Positions 8,041 to 17,720 of a stretch of DNA of 47,039 bases are shown piece by piece (position 1 is the stretch's first letter; each line of letters begins with the position of its first letter). A model generated the notes under the pieces. The model worked only from the letters and a program-made list of their open reading frames with translations, ran no database searches and was not told where the DNA came from. The stretch comes from Candidatus Limnocylindria bacterium (lineage in GTDB: Bacteria > Chloroflexota > Limnocylindria > QHBO01): assembly GCA_046717345.1 (NCBI GenBank), contig JBKJVN010000109.1, positions 1-47,039 of the forward strand, given 5' to 3'. The position numbers and the translations under genes are program-made.

Positions 8041-10674
8041 CTACGAACGCTCCGTGTCCGCACCGGCGCCGGCAGGAACGCCCGAGCGTGCCATGTGCCG
8101 CTCCATTGCCGCTCGGCGGCTCAGGTTGACGCGGCCCATGCGGTCGATCTCGGTGACCACCACCATCAGCTCGTCGCCGATGGCCACCACGTCCTCGACG
8201 CGCGCGACGCGGAAATCGGCCAGCTGGCTGATGTGGACCAGGCCCTCCTTGCCGGGCAGGATCTCGACGAAGGCCCCGAAGTTCATGATCCGGGTCACTT
8301 TGCCCAGGTATTCCTTCCCGACCTCCACGTCGCGGGTCAGGCCCTCGATCCAGCGGACCGCCTTCTCGCCGGCCTCGCCGGAGACGGCGGCAATCTGGAT
8401 CGTGCCGTCGTCCTCGACGTTGATCTGGGTCCCGGTCTCGGCGGTGATCTGGCGGATCACCTTGCCGCCGGCGCCGATGACGTCGCGGATCTTGTCGACC
8501 GGGATCTTGATGGTCGTGATTCGCGGCGCGTACGGGCTCAGCTCAGATCGGCTGGCACTGATGACGGCCGTCATCTTGTCCAGGATGAACAGCCGCGCAG
8601 TGCGTGCCTGGTCCAGGGCATCGCGCAGGATCTCAGTGGTGATGCCCGCCACCTTGATGTCCATCTGCAGGGCGGTCACGCCCTCCGCGGTGCCGGCCAC
8701 CTTGAAGTCCATGTCGCCGAACATGTCCTCCTTGCCGGTGATGTCGGTCAGGACCGCGTAGCGGTTGGTGTCCGGATCGGTGATCAGGCCCATGGCCGCC
8801 CCGGCCACGGGGGCCGAGATCGGCACACCGGCGTCCATCAGGGCCAGGGTGCTGCCACACGTGCTGGCCATGCTGGTCGAGCCATTCGAGGACACGACTT
8901 CGCTGACCACTCGGATCACGTACGGGAACTCGTCGACCGGCGGCAGGACCGGCAGCAGGGCGCGCTCGGCGAGGGCACCATGACCGATCTCACGCCGGCC
9001 GGGGCCCCGCATCGGCTTGGACTCGCCGACCGAGTACGGCGGCATGTTGTAGTGATGCAGGTATCGCTTCTCGGTCTCCGGCGAGATGGTGTCCAGGCGT
9101 TGGACGTCGCTGGACGGACCCAGGGTCGCGATCGTGAGGGCCTGTGTCTGGCCCCGGGTGAACAGGCCCGACCCGTGGGTCCGGGGCAGGATGCCGACCT
9201 CCACCGAGATGGGCCGGATGGTGGTCGTGTCGCGTCCGTCGATGCGGATGTTTTCCGACAGCACCAGCTCCCGGACGGTGGTCTTGGTCAGCACGTCCAT
9301 CAAGGGTGAGCCGATGCCGTGGCGGCGCCGGAGGTCCTCCAGGGCCTGGCCCTGCTCGGCCCGGTTGTAGGCCTCGCGGCCGCGGCGCACCTCGGCCGCG
9401 ATGTCGGCCCGAATGGCGTCCAGCCGTTCGACGAGGCCGGTGGTCAGGCTGATGAACAGCTCGGCCGTGGCCTCCGCGTCGGGCATCGCCCGATGAGCGG
9501 CACCGTGGTCCTTGCCGAAGATGAATCGCACGAGGTCCGCCAGCTTGTAGCTCCCCGCGTCGGGGTACAGCTGGTAGGCCAGCTCCAGCGTGTCATAGAC
9601 GGCGCTGGGCTCCCAGCGCACGTCGTTGGGGAGATGACGCAGCACGAACGGCAGGTCGAAGCTCACGTTGTGGGCCACGACCGGGGCGTTGCCGACCCAC
9701 TCGACGAAGCGCGGCAGCACCTCGGCCGCGGTTGGGGCCTTGGCGACGTCCTCGTCGGTCAGGCCATGGACCTGGTGGCCGACTATCGAGCGACCGGGGT
9801 TGACCATGGATTCGAACCGATCGACGACGGCGCCGTCGCGTACCCGCAGGGCGGCGATGTCGACGATGTAGCCGTGCTCCGGCTTCATCGAGGTGGTCTC
9901 GAGGTCGAGAATCACGAACTCGGTGCCGGGGCGGGCGAGCGCGCTTCCGAGCTTTGGGATGGACTCCGCGCGCGGGCCGAAGAACGGCGTGCGCTTGGGC
10001 GCGCCGGCGCTCGACACCAGCTTGTCCTGGAGCTCGATCGACTTCTGGAGCTCGGCGTGCCCCCAGGTGATGGCCTCCAGCATGGTGGCCTCGGGCAGGA
10101 TCTTCGCGCCGGCCTCGACCATCATGATCGCGTCACGCGTGCCGGCCACGACCAGGTCGAGCGTGCTGTTCTCGAGCTGGCTGTTGGTGGGGTTGGCCAC
10201 GAACTGGCCATCGATGTATCCCACCCGGACCGCTCCGACGGGCCCCATGAACGGGATCGGACTGACTGACAGGGCCGCCGAGGCGCCGTTCACGGCCAGG
10301 ATGTCGGGGTCGTTTTCCTGGTCCGCCGACAGGACGGTGAGGACGATCTGGACGTCGTTCTTGTAGCCCTTTGGGAAGAGGGGGCGAATCGGGCGGTCCG
10401 TCAGCCGCATGGCCAGGATGGCGGCCTCGGACGGGCGCGACTCGCGCTTGATGAACCCGCCGGGGATCTTGCCCGCGGCGTACATCCGCTCCTCGTAGTC
10501 CACGGTGAGCGGGAAGAAGTCGATCCCCTCGCGGGGTTCGGCCGAGACGGCGGTGGCCAGCAGCACGGTGTCTCCGTAGCGGACCAGGACCGATCCATCG
10601 GCCTGCTCGGCAAGCTTGCCCGTCTCGAGCGAGAAGGTTTGCCCGCCGATCTCTGTTTCAACCTTGATAGCCAA
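8041..10674 (-). CDS. pnp: polyribonucleotide nucleotidyltransferase (PNPase) with an inserted DEDDh exonuclease domain
   Basis: Domain order is RNase PH 1, split helical domain, RNase PH 2 ([37 protein letters not shown]), KH ([13 protein letters not shown]) and S1 ([30 protein letters not shown]). The track ORF starts at TTG 10719. I prefer TTG 10674 ([11 protein letters not shown]...), which lies 5 nt after GGAGGA at 10685..10680. Confidence 0.93.
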   Translation of the reverse strand: MAIKVETEIGGQTFSLETGKLAEQADGSVLVRYGDTVLLATAVSAEPREGIDFFPLTVDYEERMYAAGKIPGGFIKRESRPSEAAILAMRLTDRPIRPLFPKGYKNDVQIVLTVLSADQENDPDILAVNGASAALSVSPIPFMGPVGAVRVGYIDGQFVANPTNSQLENSTLDLVVAGTRDAIMMVEAGAKILPEATMLEAITWGHAELQKSIELQDKLVSSAGAPKRTPFFGPRAESIPKLGSALARPGTEFVILDLETTSMKPEHGYIVDIAALRVRDGAVVDRFESMVNPGRSIVGHQVHGLTDEDVAKAPTAAEVLPRFVEWVGNAPVVAHNVSFDLPFVLRHLPNDVRWEPSAVYDTLELAYQLYPDAGSYKLADLVRFIFGKDHGAAHRAMPDAEATAELFISLTTGLVERLDAIRADIAAEVRRGREAYNRAEQGQALEDLRRRHGIGSPLMDVLTKTTVRELVLSENIRIDGRDTTTIRPISVEVGILPRTHGSGLFTRGQTQALTIATLGPSSDVQRLDTISPETEKRYLHHYNMPPYSVGESKPMRGPGRREIGHGALAERALLPVLPPVDEFPYVIRVVSEVVSSNGSTSMASTCGSTLALMDAGVPISAPVAGAAMGLITDPDTNRYAVLTDITGKEDMFGDMDFKVAGTAEGVTALQMDIKVAGITTEILRDALDQARTARLFILDKMTAVISASRSELSPYAPRITTIKIPVDKIRDVIGAGGKVIRQITAETGTQINVEDDGTIQIAAVSGEAGEKAVRWIEGLTRDVEVGKEYLGKVTRIMNFGAFVEILPGKEGLVHISQLADFRVARVEDVVAIGDELMVVVTEIDRMGRVNLSRRAAMERHMARSGVPAGAGADTERS
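9445..9924 (-). other. DEDDh (DnaQ/RNase T-like) 3'-5' exonuclease domain embedded in pnp
   Basis: ExoI is [10 protein letters not shown] (Asp codon 9906..9904). ExoII is [13 protein letters not shown] (Asp codon 9657..9655). ExoIII is HRAMPDAEA (H-x4-D, Asp codon 9480..9478). The block is in frame with PNPase sequence on both sides. Confidence 0.85.
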
Positions 10675-10808
10675 GAATGTCCTCCAATGTGGTGATATGT
10701 CCGGCGCGGCCAACCCCAAGTGGGTGGCGCGGCTCGGAGGGGTTGCGTCGCGTTCGACGCGGGACTGGGTGGACCCGGCGTGGCCGGGTCACGGTGTGAA
10801 TGACGACG

Positions 10809-11078
10809 TTACCGGCGCAGGCCGAGACGGCCGATCACCGTGCGGTAGCGATCCACGTCCGTGCGGACGAGGTACGCGAGCAGGCGGCGGCGCTGGCCGA
10901 CGAGCTTGAGCAGCCCGCGGCGCGAGGCGTTGTCCTTGGGATAGCTGCGCAAATGCTCCGTCAGTGACTTGATCCGCTCGGTCAGGAGCGCGACCTGCAC
11001 TTCGGGAGATCCGGTGTCGCCATCATGCGTTGCATAGTCGGTGGCGACGGCGACCTTCGTAGCCGGGTCGAGCGGCAA
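10809..11078 (-). CDS. rpsO: 30S ribosomal protein S15
   Basis: [51 protein letters not shown]. The start is trimmed to TTG 11078, 4 nt after GGAGGA at 11088..11083, giving 89 aa. The track's GTG at 11090 overlaps the SD itself. Confidence 0.93.
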   Translation of the reverse strand: MPLDPATKVAVATDYATHDGDTGSPEVQVALLTERIKSLTEHLRSYPKDNASRRGLLKLVGQRRRLLAYLVRTDVDRYRTVIGRLGLRR

Positions 11079-11119
11079 ATGTTCCTCCACTTTTCAATCT
11101 GTCGGTTCGTTGCATCGTA

Positions 11120-12073
11120 TCAGACGATCCCGGCCAGCGCCGCCCGGGCCTGGACCTCGTCACGCCGCATCTGGGCGGTGAGCGCCGCGGCGGAATCAAA
11201 CCGCTGCTCGTCGCGGAGCCGTGTCACGAGCTCGAGGCGTAGTTCTTGGCCGTAGAGATCGCCGTCCCAATCGAGGAGGTGCGCTTCGACGACAACGTCG
11301 CCCTGGTCGTGGAACGTGGGGCGGCGCCCGACGCTGACCAGCGCGCCCGTCGGGCTTGGGCCGGTCGGGCCGGCTGCCACGCCGGCGTAGATGCCGAGCG
11401 AAGGGAGGGCAGGGCGGTACCCGAACGCCAGGTTCGCAGTTGGATAGCCCATGTCTCGCCCCCGCCCGTCGCCGCGAACGACCTCACCGGTCAGGGCAGG
11501 GCGGCGCCCGAGCAACCGGGTGGCGTCCGGAGTATTGCCTTCGGCCAGGACGCGGCGGATTCGACTCGACGAGATTGGTTCGTCATCCATCTCCGGCTCG
11601 ATGACGACGACGTCGAACCCATGGTCGGGGCCGATCTCCATCAGCCGCTGGAGGGTGCCGGCCCGGTCGCGGCCGAACGCCGTGTCGGGGGTCATCACGA
11701 TGGCCACCGTCCGCAATCCTGGCGCAAGGGCGTCAAGGAATGCTTCGGGCGGCATATCCCGAACCGATGCATCGAACCGGATAAGGATGGCCTCCACACC
11801 CGCATCCCGGATGCGACTCAGGTTCTCGGACAATGGCGCCAACCGGTCCACGGCGTGGCCGGGGCGGATAACTTCGATCGGTGGCGGATCGAACACGAGC
11901 GCCACCGGGCGAGCACCGCGGGCGGCAGCAGCTTCGCGCACGGCCGACAACAGAGCCCGATGTCCACGGTGTACGCCATCGAACACACCCAGCGCCAGAG
12001 CCACTTGACCGATTGAGTCCTGGGCCGCCACATCGGCGAGGGTCAATACCCGGTCGGCTGAAGGGTCGGTCAT
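11120..12073 (-). CDS. ribF: bifunctional riboflavin kinase / FMN adenylyltransferase
   Basis: ALGVFDGVHRGHRALL (FAD synthetase) and C-terminal GRDMGYPTANL...VSVGRRPTF (riboflavin kinase). The ATG at 12073 forms an ATGA overlap with the truB stop. Confidence 0.9.
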   Translation of the reverse strand: MTDPSADRVLTLADVAAQDSIGQVALALGVFDGVHRGHRALLSAVREAAAARGARPVALVFDPPPIEVIRPGHAVDRLAPLSENLSRIRDAGVEAILIRFDASVRDMPPEAFLDALAPGLRTVAIVMTPDTAFGRDRAGTLQRLMEIGPDHGFDVVVIEPEMDDEPISSSRIRRVLAEGNTPDATRLLGRRPALTGEVVRGDGRGRDMGYPTANLAFGYRPALPSLGIYAGVAAGPTGPSPTGALVSVGRRPTFHDQGDVVVEAHLLDWDGDLYGQELRLELVTRLRDEQRFDSAAALTAQMRRDEVQARAALAGIV

Positions 12074-12945
12074 GCCGACGACTCGGCCAGGACCTTCTGG
12101 GGGTGGAGTACTCCGTCGGCGAGAACGCCGACGCCCAACACGCCCGATGGGCCGCGGACCAGTACTCGCCCATCGCCGGACCACGGCATCTCGCCCCCAT
12201 TTGCGAAGCGGCGGGCCTGCTCTTCGCTAAGCGCGAGCTGAGGCAGGTCCACGAGCTGCTCGAGGGGAACCAGCGCATCGGCGAGGCGACCGTCGCGCGC
12301 CAGTGCCTCCAGCTCGGAGGGTGTCCGGGCGTCACTCGCCGCAAGCCCGGCCGCTTCGGTGCGCCGCAAAGCATGCAGGTAGCCGCCGCACCCCAGCTGC
12401 TCGCCGAGGTCGCGGGCAATCGAACGCACGTAGGTTCCCGGGCCCGTCTGCAGGTCGAGGTGGAGGTCGAGCCAACCGTCCCCCGCCGTGGCGTCCAGGA
12501 GCCGCAGGGCATGCACCGTCACCTCGCGGGTTGGCAGGTCCAACGCGGTTCCGCGACGGGCAGCGCGGTGGGCTGTACGGCCACCCTGCTTGCGGGCGGA
12601 GAAGGCGGGTGGGCGCTGCTGGAACGTGCCCACGAACGCTCCCAGTGCGGCTTCAGCCGCGTCCACGCCAGGCAGCGGCCCGCCCGGCTCCAGAGGCCCC
12701 TCCCCGTCATCGGTCCGCGACCGGAACCCCAGCCGCACCACGGCGTCATAGCGCTTGGGCCCCGCCGTCAGCTCCTGGCTCAGCCGGGTAGCGCCACCAA
12801 CCAGGATCGGGAGCACCCCCGAGGCCAGTGGATCCAGCGTACCGGCATGACCGATGCGTTGCATCCCGCTCAGGCGGCGCACCAGGCCGACCATGTCGTG
12901 GGATGTGGGCCCGACCGGCTTGTCGAGGTTAAGGACGCCGATCAT
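12070..12945 (-). CDS. truB: tRNA pseudouridine(55) synthase
   Basis: MIGVLNLDKPVGPTSHDMVGLVRR...GHAGTLDPLASGVL contains the catalytic Asp motif. Confidence 0.95.
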   Translation of the reverse strand: MIGVLNLDKPVGPTSHDMVGLVRRLSGMQRIGHAGTLDPLASGVLPILVGGATRLSQELTAGPKRYDAVVRLGFRSRTDDGEGPLEPGGPLPGVDAAEAALGAFVGTFQQRPPAFSARKQGGRTAHRAARRGTALDLPTREVTVHALRLLDATAGDGWLDLHLDLQTGPGTYVRSIARDLGEQLGCGGYLHALRRTEAAGLAASDARTPSELEALARDGRLADALVPLEQLVDLPQLALSEEQARRFANGGEMPWSGDGRVLVRGPSGVLGVGVLADGVLHPQKVLAESSA

Positions 12946-13906
12946 CGGCGCGTTTCAGCTCGCGCTCGCATTCCGCCAGCACGCGGTCTCGAGCCTCGCC
13001 CAACGGCGCATCGACTGTGCAGCCGGCGGCGCGCGCATGCCCCCCACCCCCGAAGGCGGCCGCTACCGCCACCGCATCGGCCCACGCCGAGGTCCGGATG
13101 CTGACCCGGGTGACGGCTGGTGCCTGCTCCTTGAACAGGAGGACGATGTCCGCGTCGCGGGCCAGTCCCAGCAGGTCGATGAATCCTTCGCTGGCGTCGA
13201 GCGAGGTGCCGGTCTCGGCCATCATGGCCGCGGTCAGGGCGGCATGGACCACCCGCCCTTCGCTCGCCGACGCGACGCCGGCCAGGGCGCGGCCCCATAG
13301 GGTCAGCGTCGCGAACGGCTTCTCGGCGTAGATGGCCCGGTGGATGGCCGCCAGCGATGCCCCGGCTTCGACCAGCGACGCCGCCACGCGCAGCGTGCGT
13401 GGCGTGACGTTGGGGTGGGCAAACGTGTGGGTGTCGTTGACGACCCCGGCCAGCAGGACCGTTGCCAGCTCGGGATCCAGGTCGACGCCGAGATCGGGCA
13501 GCAGAAGCGTCACCATCTCGCAGGTCGAGGCCGCATCCGGGTCGACCATGTTGACCGCCCCGAACCCGGGGTTGCTCACGTGGTGGTCGATGTTCACGAT
13601 CCTGGCCCGCGCGAGCCACTCGGCATGGTCGGTGGTGATCCGTCCGACCCGAGCCAGGTCCCCGGCGTCCACGATCACCGCCACGTCCGGCTCGAGCGCG
13701 GGCGCGGTCCGCACCTCGGCCACGCCCGGCAGGAACTGGAGGTAGGGTGGCACCGGGTCGGCCATCACGACCTCGGCCGGGACTCCGTATCGGTCCCCCA
13801 CCATGCGGATCGCCAGCGCGGCTCCCAGCGTGTCGGCGTCCGGGTTCTCATGACCGATGGCCGTGATCCGCTGCGCGCCACGCAGGGCGGCGACGACCTC
13901 CTTCAT
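12929..13906 (-). CDS. nrnA: DHH-family oligoribonuclease / pAp phosphatase NrnA
   Basis: HENPDADTLGAALA, IDHH and the C-terminal GGGGHARAAG (DHHA1). It is in the canonical position between rbfA and truB. Confidence 0.85.
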   Translation of the reverse strand: MKEVVAALRGAQRITAIGHENPDADTLGAALAIRMVGDRYGVPAEVVMADPVPPYLQFLPGVAEVRTAPALEPDVAVIVDAGDLARVGRITTDHAEWLARARIVNIDHHVSNPGFGAVNMVDPDAASTCEMVTLLLPDLGVDLDPELATVLLAGVVNDTHTFAHPNVTPRTLRVAASLVEAGASLAAIHRAIYAEKPFATLTLWGRALAGVASASEGRVVHAALTAAMMAETGTSLDASEGFIDLLGLARDADIVLLFKEQAPAVTRVSIRTSAWADAVAVAAAFGGGGHARAAGCTVDAPLGEARDRVLAECERELKRADDRRP

Positions 13907-14259
13907 CGGTCTTCATCCTCGGCGGCGTCCAGGTCGCGAAGCAGCTTGAGGACCCGATCGCCGTCCGCGATCGATTCATCGGCCCGGAACTCGAGCCGCG
14001 GGATATGCCGGATGGTGAGTCGTTCCCCCAGCCGGCGCCGAAGCCAACCGGCGGCATCGGTCAGGGCGATGAGGGTCTTCGCCTGGTCCTGGTCAGGCCC
14101 GTACACCGACACCCATACGCGCGCCTGGGTGAGGTCCGGCGCGGTGTCGACCCGGGTCACGGTGGCGAACCCGACTCGCGGATCGTTCATCTCGCGCTGC
14201 AGGATCTGCATCAGCTCAGCGCGAATCTGGCTGTCCAGGCGGTCGGTGCGCTGACTCAC
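13903..14259 (-). CDS. rbfA: ribosome-binding factor A
   Basis: ORF trimmed to GTG 14259, giving VSQRTDRLDSQIRAELMQILQREMNDPRVGFATVTRVDTAPDLTQARVWVSV. Length is 118 aa. The longer track ORF overlaps infB. Confidence 0.9.
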   Translation of the reverse strand: MSQRTDRLDSQIRAELMQILQREMNDPRVGFATVTRVDTAPDLTQARVWVSVYGPDQDQAKTLIALTDAAGWLRRRLGERLTIRHIPRLEFRADESIADGDRVLKLLRDLDAAEDEDR

Positions 14260-14284
14260 CGGGTTCCCGTCCCCTTCCTCAGGC

Positions 14285-16183
14285 TCAGGCGGACGCCTCC
14301 GACACCATCTGGAAGCACTCGATGACGTCGCCCTCGGCGATCTCCGGCGATCCTGCCAGGCCGATCCCACACTCGAATCCCGCGGCCACCTCGCGGATGT
14401 CGTCCTTGAACCGCCGCAGCGACTCGATCCGCGTCTCGGTGACCAGCTGGCCGCCCCGCATGAGTCGGGCCTGGGCACCGCGCAGGATGCGGCCGTCGAG
14501 CACGTACGAGCCGGCCACCTGGCCCGCCTTGCCGGCCTTGATCAGCTGCCGCACCTCGGCATGCCCCTCGATCTGCTCGACTTGCTTGGGGGTCAGGAGC
14601 CCCTGGAGGGCCAGGCTGATGTCATCGGTCAGCTTGTAGATGACCTCGTACAGGCGGACGTCGACGCCGGAGGCCTCCACTGCCCGCTCGGCGCCGGGGT
14701 CCAGCTTGGTGTTGAAGCCGACCACCACCGCGCTCGACGCGGCACCCAGCACGACGTCGGACTCGTTGATGTCCCCGGCCCCCTCGCTCAGGATGTTGAT
14801 CCGGACCTCGCCGGTGCTGAGCCGATCCAGCGCGTGGCGGATGGCGCCCAGCGAGCCCTGGACATCGGTCTTCAGGATGACGCGCAGCTCCTTGACCTCG
14901 GCGGCCTGGATCTGGGCGCTGATGTCCTCGAGGCTGGTCGGGCCGCGTCCGTCGCCGCCGGGTCCGTGGCGCTCTACGACCTCGGCAGCGTCGCGGGCCG
15001 CCTTTTCGTCGGCGACCACCCGCAACTGGTCGCCGGCCTCGGGCAGGTCCTGGAGCCCGAGGATTTCCACCGCGGTGGCCGGCTCGGCCTGGCGAACGCG
15101 GCGCCCGGCTGCGTTTTGGAGGGCCCTCACTCGTCCATACGTCTTACCCACGGTCACCACGTCGCCGACCTTGAGAGTGCCGTTCTGGACCAGCACGGTG
15201 GCGACGTTGCCCCGGCCCTTGTCGACCTTGGACTCGATGATCGTGCCGTACGCCTCACGATTCGGGTTGGCCTTCAGGTTCTGGAGGTCGGCGACGAGGC
15301 CGATCATCTCCAGCAGGTGATCCAGCCCGGTCCCCTGCTTGGCCGAAACCGGGACCGCGATCACGTCGCCGCCGTACTCCTCGATCAAGACTCCGATGTC
15401 GGCCAGCTCCTGCTTGACCCGATCCGGGTTGGCATCCGGCTTGTCGATCTTGTTGATGGCCACGATCATCGGCACCCGGGCGGCACGGACGTGGTCGATG
15501 GCCTCGCGAGTCTGGGGCATGACGCCGTCGTCGGCGGCCACCACGATGACGGCGATATCGGTGACCTGAGCCCCACGGGCCCGCATGGCGGTGAACGCTT
15601 CGTGGCCCGGCGTGTCGAGGAACACGATGCGCCGGTCGCCGTGGACTGCCTCCGAGGCGCCGATGTGCTGGGTGATGCCGCCGGCCTCGCGAGCGACCAC
15701 CGCCGTGCTGCGGATGGAGTCCAGCAGGCTCGTCTTGCCGTGGTCGACGTGACCCATGACGGTCACGATCGGGGCGCGGGTGACCAGGTCGTCGGGATCG
15801 TCCTCGCCCCACGGTGTAATCCGAACGCCGTCCTCGGCCGCGGCGCCCGGCGCGACGAGCTCCTGCGCATCGGCCGCGGTCTTCTCGGCGGCTCCCCGCT
15901 CGACCAACTCGTAGCCCAGCTCGGCCGCGACGAGTGACGCGGTGTCGTAGTCGATGGACTGGTTGATGGTGGCGAAGATCCCGTTGCGGATGAGCTCGCT
16001 GATCACCGCCGCGGTGCTGATGCCGAGCGCCTCCGCCAGGTCCTGGACCACGATCGAGGTGCCGATCTCCACCGGCCCGCTGGGGCGTGGCAGAGTCGGG
16101 GTTTCGACGCTGGCGCTCGCCGACTCGCGCCGGCGCGGCGGCCGTGGGCCGCGGCGCTGCTGGGTGTACCTACGAGGAGGCAT
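14285..16183 (-). CDS. infB: translation initiation factor IF-2
   Basis: GTPase motifs [24 protein letters not shown] and NKID, followed by IF-2 domains. The N-terminal region is short and basic. Confidence 0.95.
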
Positions 16184-16418
16184 GGGCTCCGCCGCTCAAT
16201 CCGAGGGCGCGGGCAATGGCCTGGTCCCGTCCCGCGCTCGCCTGGCAGGCGGGATCGGCGCAGACGTACGTTCCGCGCCCTGACATGCGGCCCGACGGGT
16301 CGGTCACCGCCTGTCCGTCGGCGGTGCGCACGACGCGCTGCATCTCACGCTTGGTCCGCACCTGGCGGCACACGGCGCACGTCCGCTGCGGCTGATGGTC
16401 AGGCCGTCGCTTTGGCAT
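16170..16418 (-). CDS. ylxR: YlxR family (DUF448) RNA-binding protein
   Basis: RTCAVCRQVRTKREMQRVVRT...GRGTYVC. It is in the canonical position between nusA and infB. Confidence 0.85.
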   Translation of the reverse strand: MPKRRPDHQPQRTCAVCRQVRTKREMQRVVRTADGQAVTDPSGRMSGRGTYVCADPACQASAGRDQAIARALGLSGGAHASS

Positions 16419-17568
16419 CTTCGTGGCCTTCCGTGGCCTCCGCGCCCTCCGCGCCCTCCGCGCCTTCGGTGCCGTCCGCAGATGACGGAGCGACGCGCGC
16501 TCCGCCTGCGCCGGCCGCCGCCACGCCCGCGTCGGAGCGGATGTCGATCCGCCAGCCCGTCAGCTTGGCTGCCAGCCGGGCATTCTGGCCTTCGCGGCCA
16601 ATGGCCAGCGACAGCTGGCGCTCGGGGACGATGACGTTGGCGATCCGGTGCTCCTCGTCGATCCGCACCTCGATAACCTCGGCCGGAGACAGCGCCTCGG
16701 CCACGAACTGCGACGGATCCTCATTCCAAAGCACGACGTCGACTTTCTCGCCGTTCAGCTCGGCCACGATGGCCTGGATCCGGGTCCCGCGCTGCCCCAC
16801 CGCCGCGCCTTTGGCGTCCACGCCCGGCTGGCGGCTTTCGACCGCGACCTTGGATCGGCTCCCGGCCTCGCGCGCGATGCCGCGGATCACTACTGATCCG
16901 TTGTAGATCTCGGGGATCTCCATCTCCATCAGTCGGCGCAGGAACCCTCGGTGCGTGCGGCTGGCGACCAGCACCGGGCCTCGCGTCGTGCGGCGCACCT
17001 CGAGAACGAACACCTTGAGGTGCTGTCCGATCCGGTAATGCTCGCCCGGGAGCTGCTCGCTGACGGAGAGCACGGCCTCCACCCCTCGGCCCATGTCGAG
17101 GACGACGGCCGATTCAGTGGTGCGCGTCACCACCCCGGTCAGGATCTCGCCCTCGCGGCTCACGTACTGGTGGTAGACCACGTCTCGCTCCGCCTCGCGC
17201 AGGCGCTGGCGATACACCTGGCCCGCGGTCTGGGCCGCGATCCGGCCCAGCTGGGCCTGGGTCACGTTCTCGGGGATCCGAACGCGCCCGCCCACGCCGA
17301 CTCCGGGCTCGATCTCGATCGCCTCGGACACGGTCTTCTGAAGCTCGGGATCGGTCACCTCGGTGTCGCCGGCGACCACCTCGTACTCGCGGTAGACGCT
17401 GATCTCTCCGGTCTCAGGGTCGATCTTGACCACCACGTTCTCGGGTGCTTCCGCGTTGCGCCGATAGGCAGATTCGATCGCCTGTTCAAGCGTCTGGAGC
17501 AGGATGTCCTGGGGGACGCCCTTCTCGGCATTGAGTTGCAGCAGGGCGCCGATGAAGTCGCGGTTCAC
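16399..17568 (-). CDS. nusA: transcription termination/antitermination factor NusA
   Basis: N-terminal domain, S1 and two KH domains (LAIGREGQNARLAAKLTGWRIDIRS). The GTG start lies 7 nt after GGGAGG. Confidence 0.95.
   Translation of the reverse strand: MNRDFIGALLQLNAEKGVPQDILLQTLEQAIESAYRRNAEAPENVVVKIDPETGEISVYREYEVVAGDTEVTDPELQKTVSEAIEIEPGVGVGGRVRIPENVTQAQLGRIAAQTAGQVYRQRLREAERDVVYHQYVSREGEILTGVVTRTTESAVVLDMGRGVEAVLSVSEQLPGEHYRIGQHLKVFVLEVRRTTRGPVLVASRTHRGFLRRLMEMEIPEIYNGSVVIRGIAREAGSRSKVAVESRQPGVDAKGAAVGQRGTRIQAIVAELNGEKVDVVLWNEDPSQFVAEALSPAEVIEVRIDEEHRIANVIVPERQLSLAIGREGQNARLAAKLTGWRIDIRSDAGVAAAGAGGARVAPSSADGTEGAEGAEGAEATEGHEDAKATA
16437..16463. repeat. 3 exact tandem copies of a 9-bp unit (cctccgcgc) within the nusA 3' end
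   Basis: Read directly from the sequence. It encodes the (GAE)n tail ...GTEGAEGAEGAEATEG. Confidence 0.8.
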
Positions 17569-17589
17569 GCTGGCACCTCCCTGCCGGGC

Positions 17590-17628
17590 GAAAAACAGGA
17601 CGTGGGCTCGCAGACCGACCCACGTCCT
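17590..17628 (-). terminator. intrinsic terminator-like hairpin in the nusA leader (candidate attenuator)
   Basis: A perfect 10-bp stem (17628..17619 pairs with 17606..17597) with a 12-nt loop. On the minus strand it is followed by GUUUUUCG, about 20 nt upstream of the nusA SD. Confidence 0.55.
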
Positions 17629-17679
17629 AAATAAACAGCTGTATCGGTTTGGTCCGCACCGGTCGCAAGACCGTCAGCG

Positions 17680-17708
17680 AGTATACCAGCGCCCTCGTGG
17701 GACGCCAA
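17680..17708 (-). promoter_or_regulatory. candidate sigma-70-type promoter for nusA (TTGGCG-17 nt-TATACT)
   Basis: The minus strand reads TTGGCG (17708..17703), a 17-nt spacer, then TATACT (17685..17680). This is about 110 nt upstream of the nusA start. Confidence 0.4.
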
Positions 17709-17720
17709 TTCCGCAGGCCT

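Noticed and set aside
9430-9990. Whether the PNPase insertion is an intein or a mobile insertion.
   Set aside because: There are no intein splice-junction residues or endonuclease motifs. The insert has clear ExoI/II/III DEDDh motifs and is flanked by the two halves of the PNPase helical domain. It reads as a nested domain fusion, not a self-splicing element.
10675-10719. The upstream TTG start (10719) given for pnp, and the GTG start (11090) given for rpsO, in the ORF track.
   Set aside because: In both genes a strong GGAGGA lies inside the putative extension, 4-5 nt before an internal TTG. That TTG yields the canonical N-terminus and length ([11 protein letters not shown].. for PNPase, and an 89-aa S15). 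The longer forms remain possible but are less likely.
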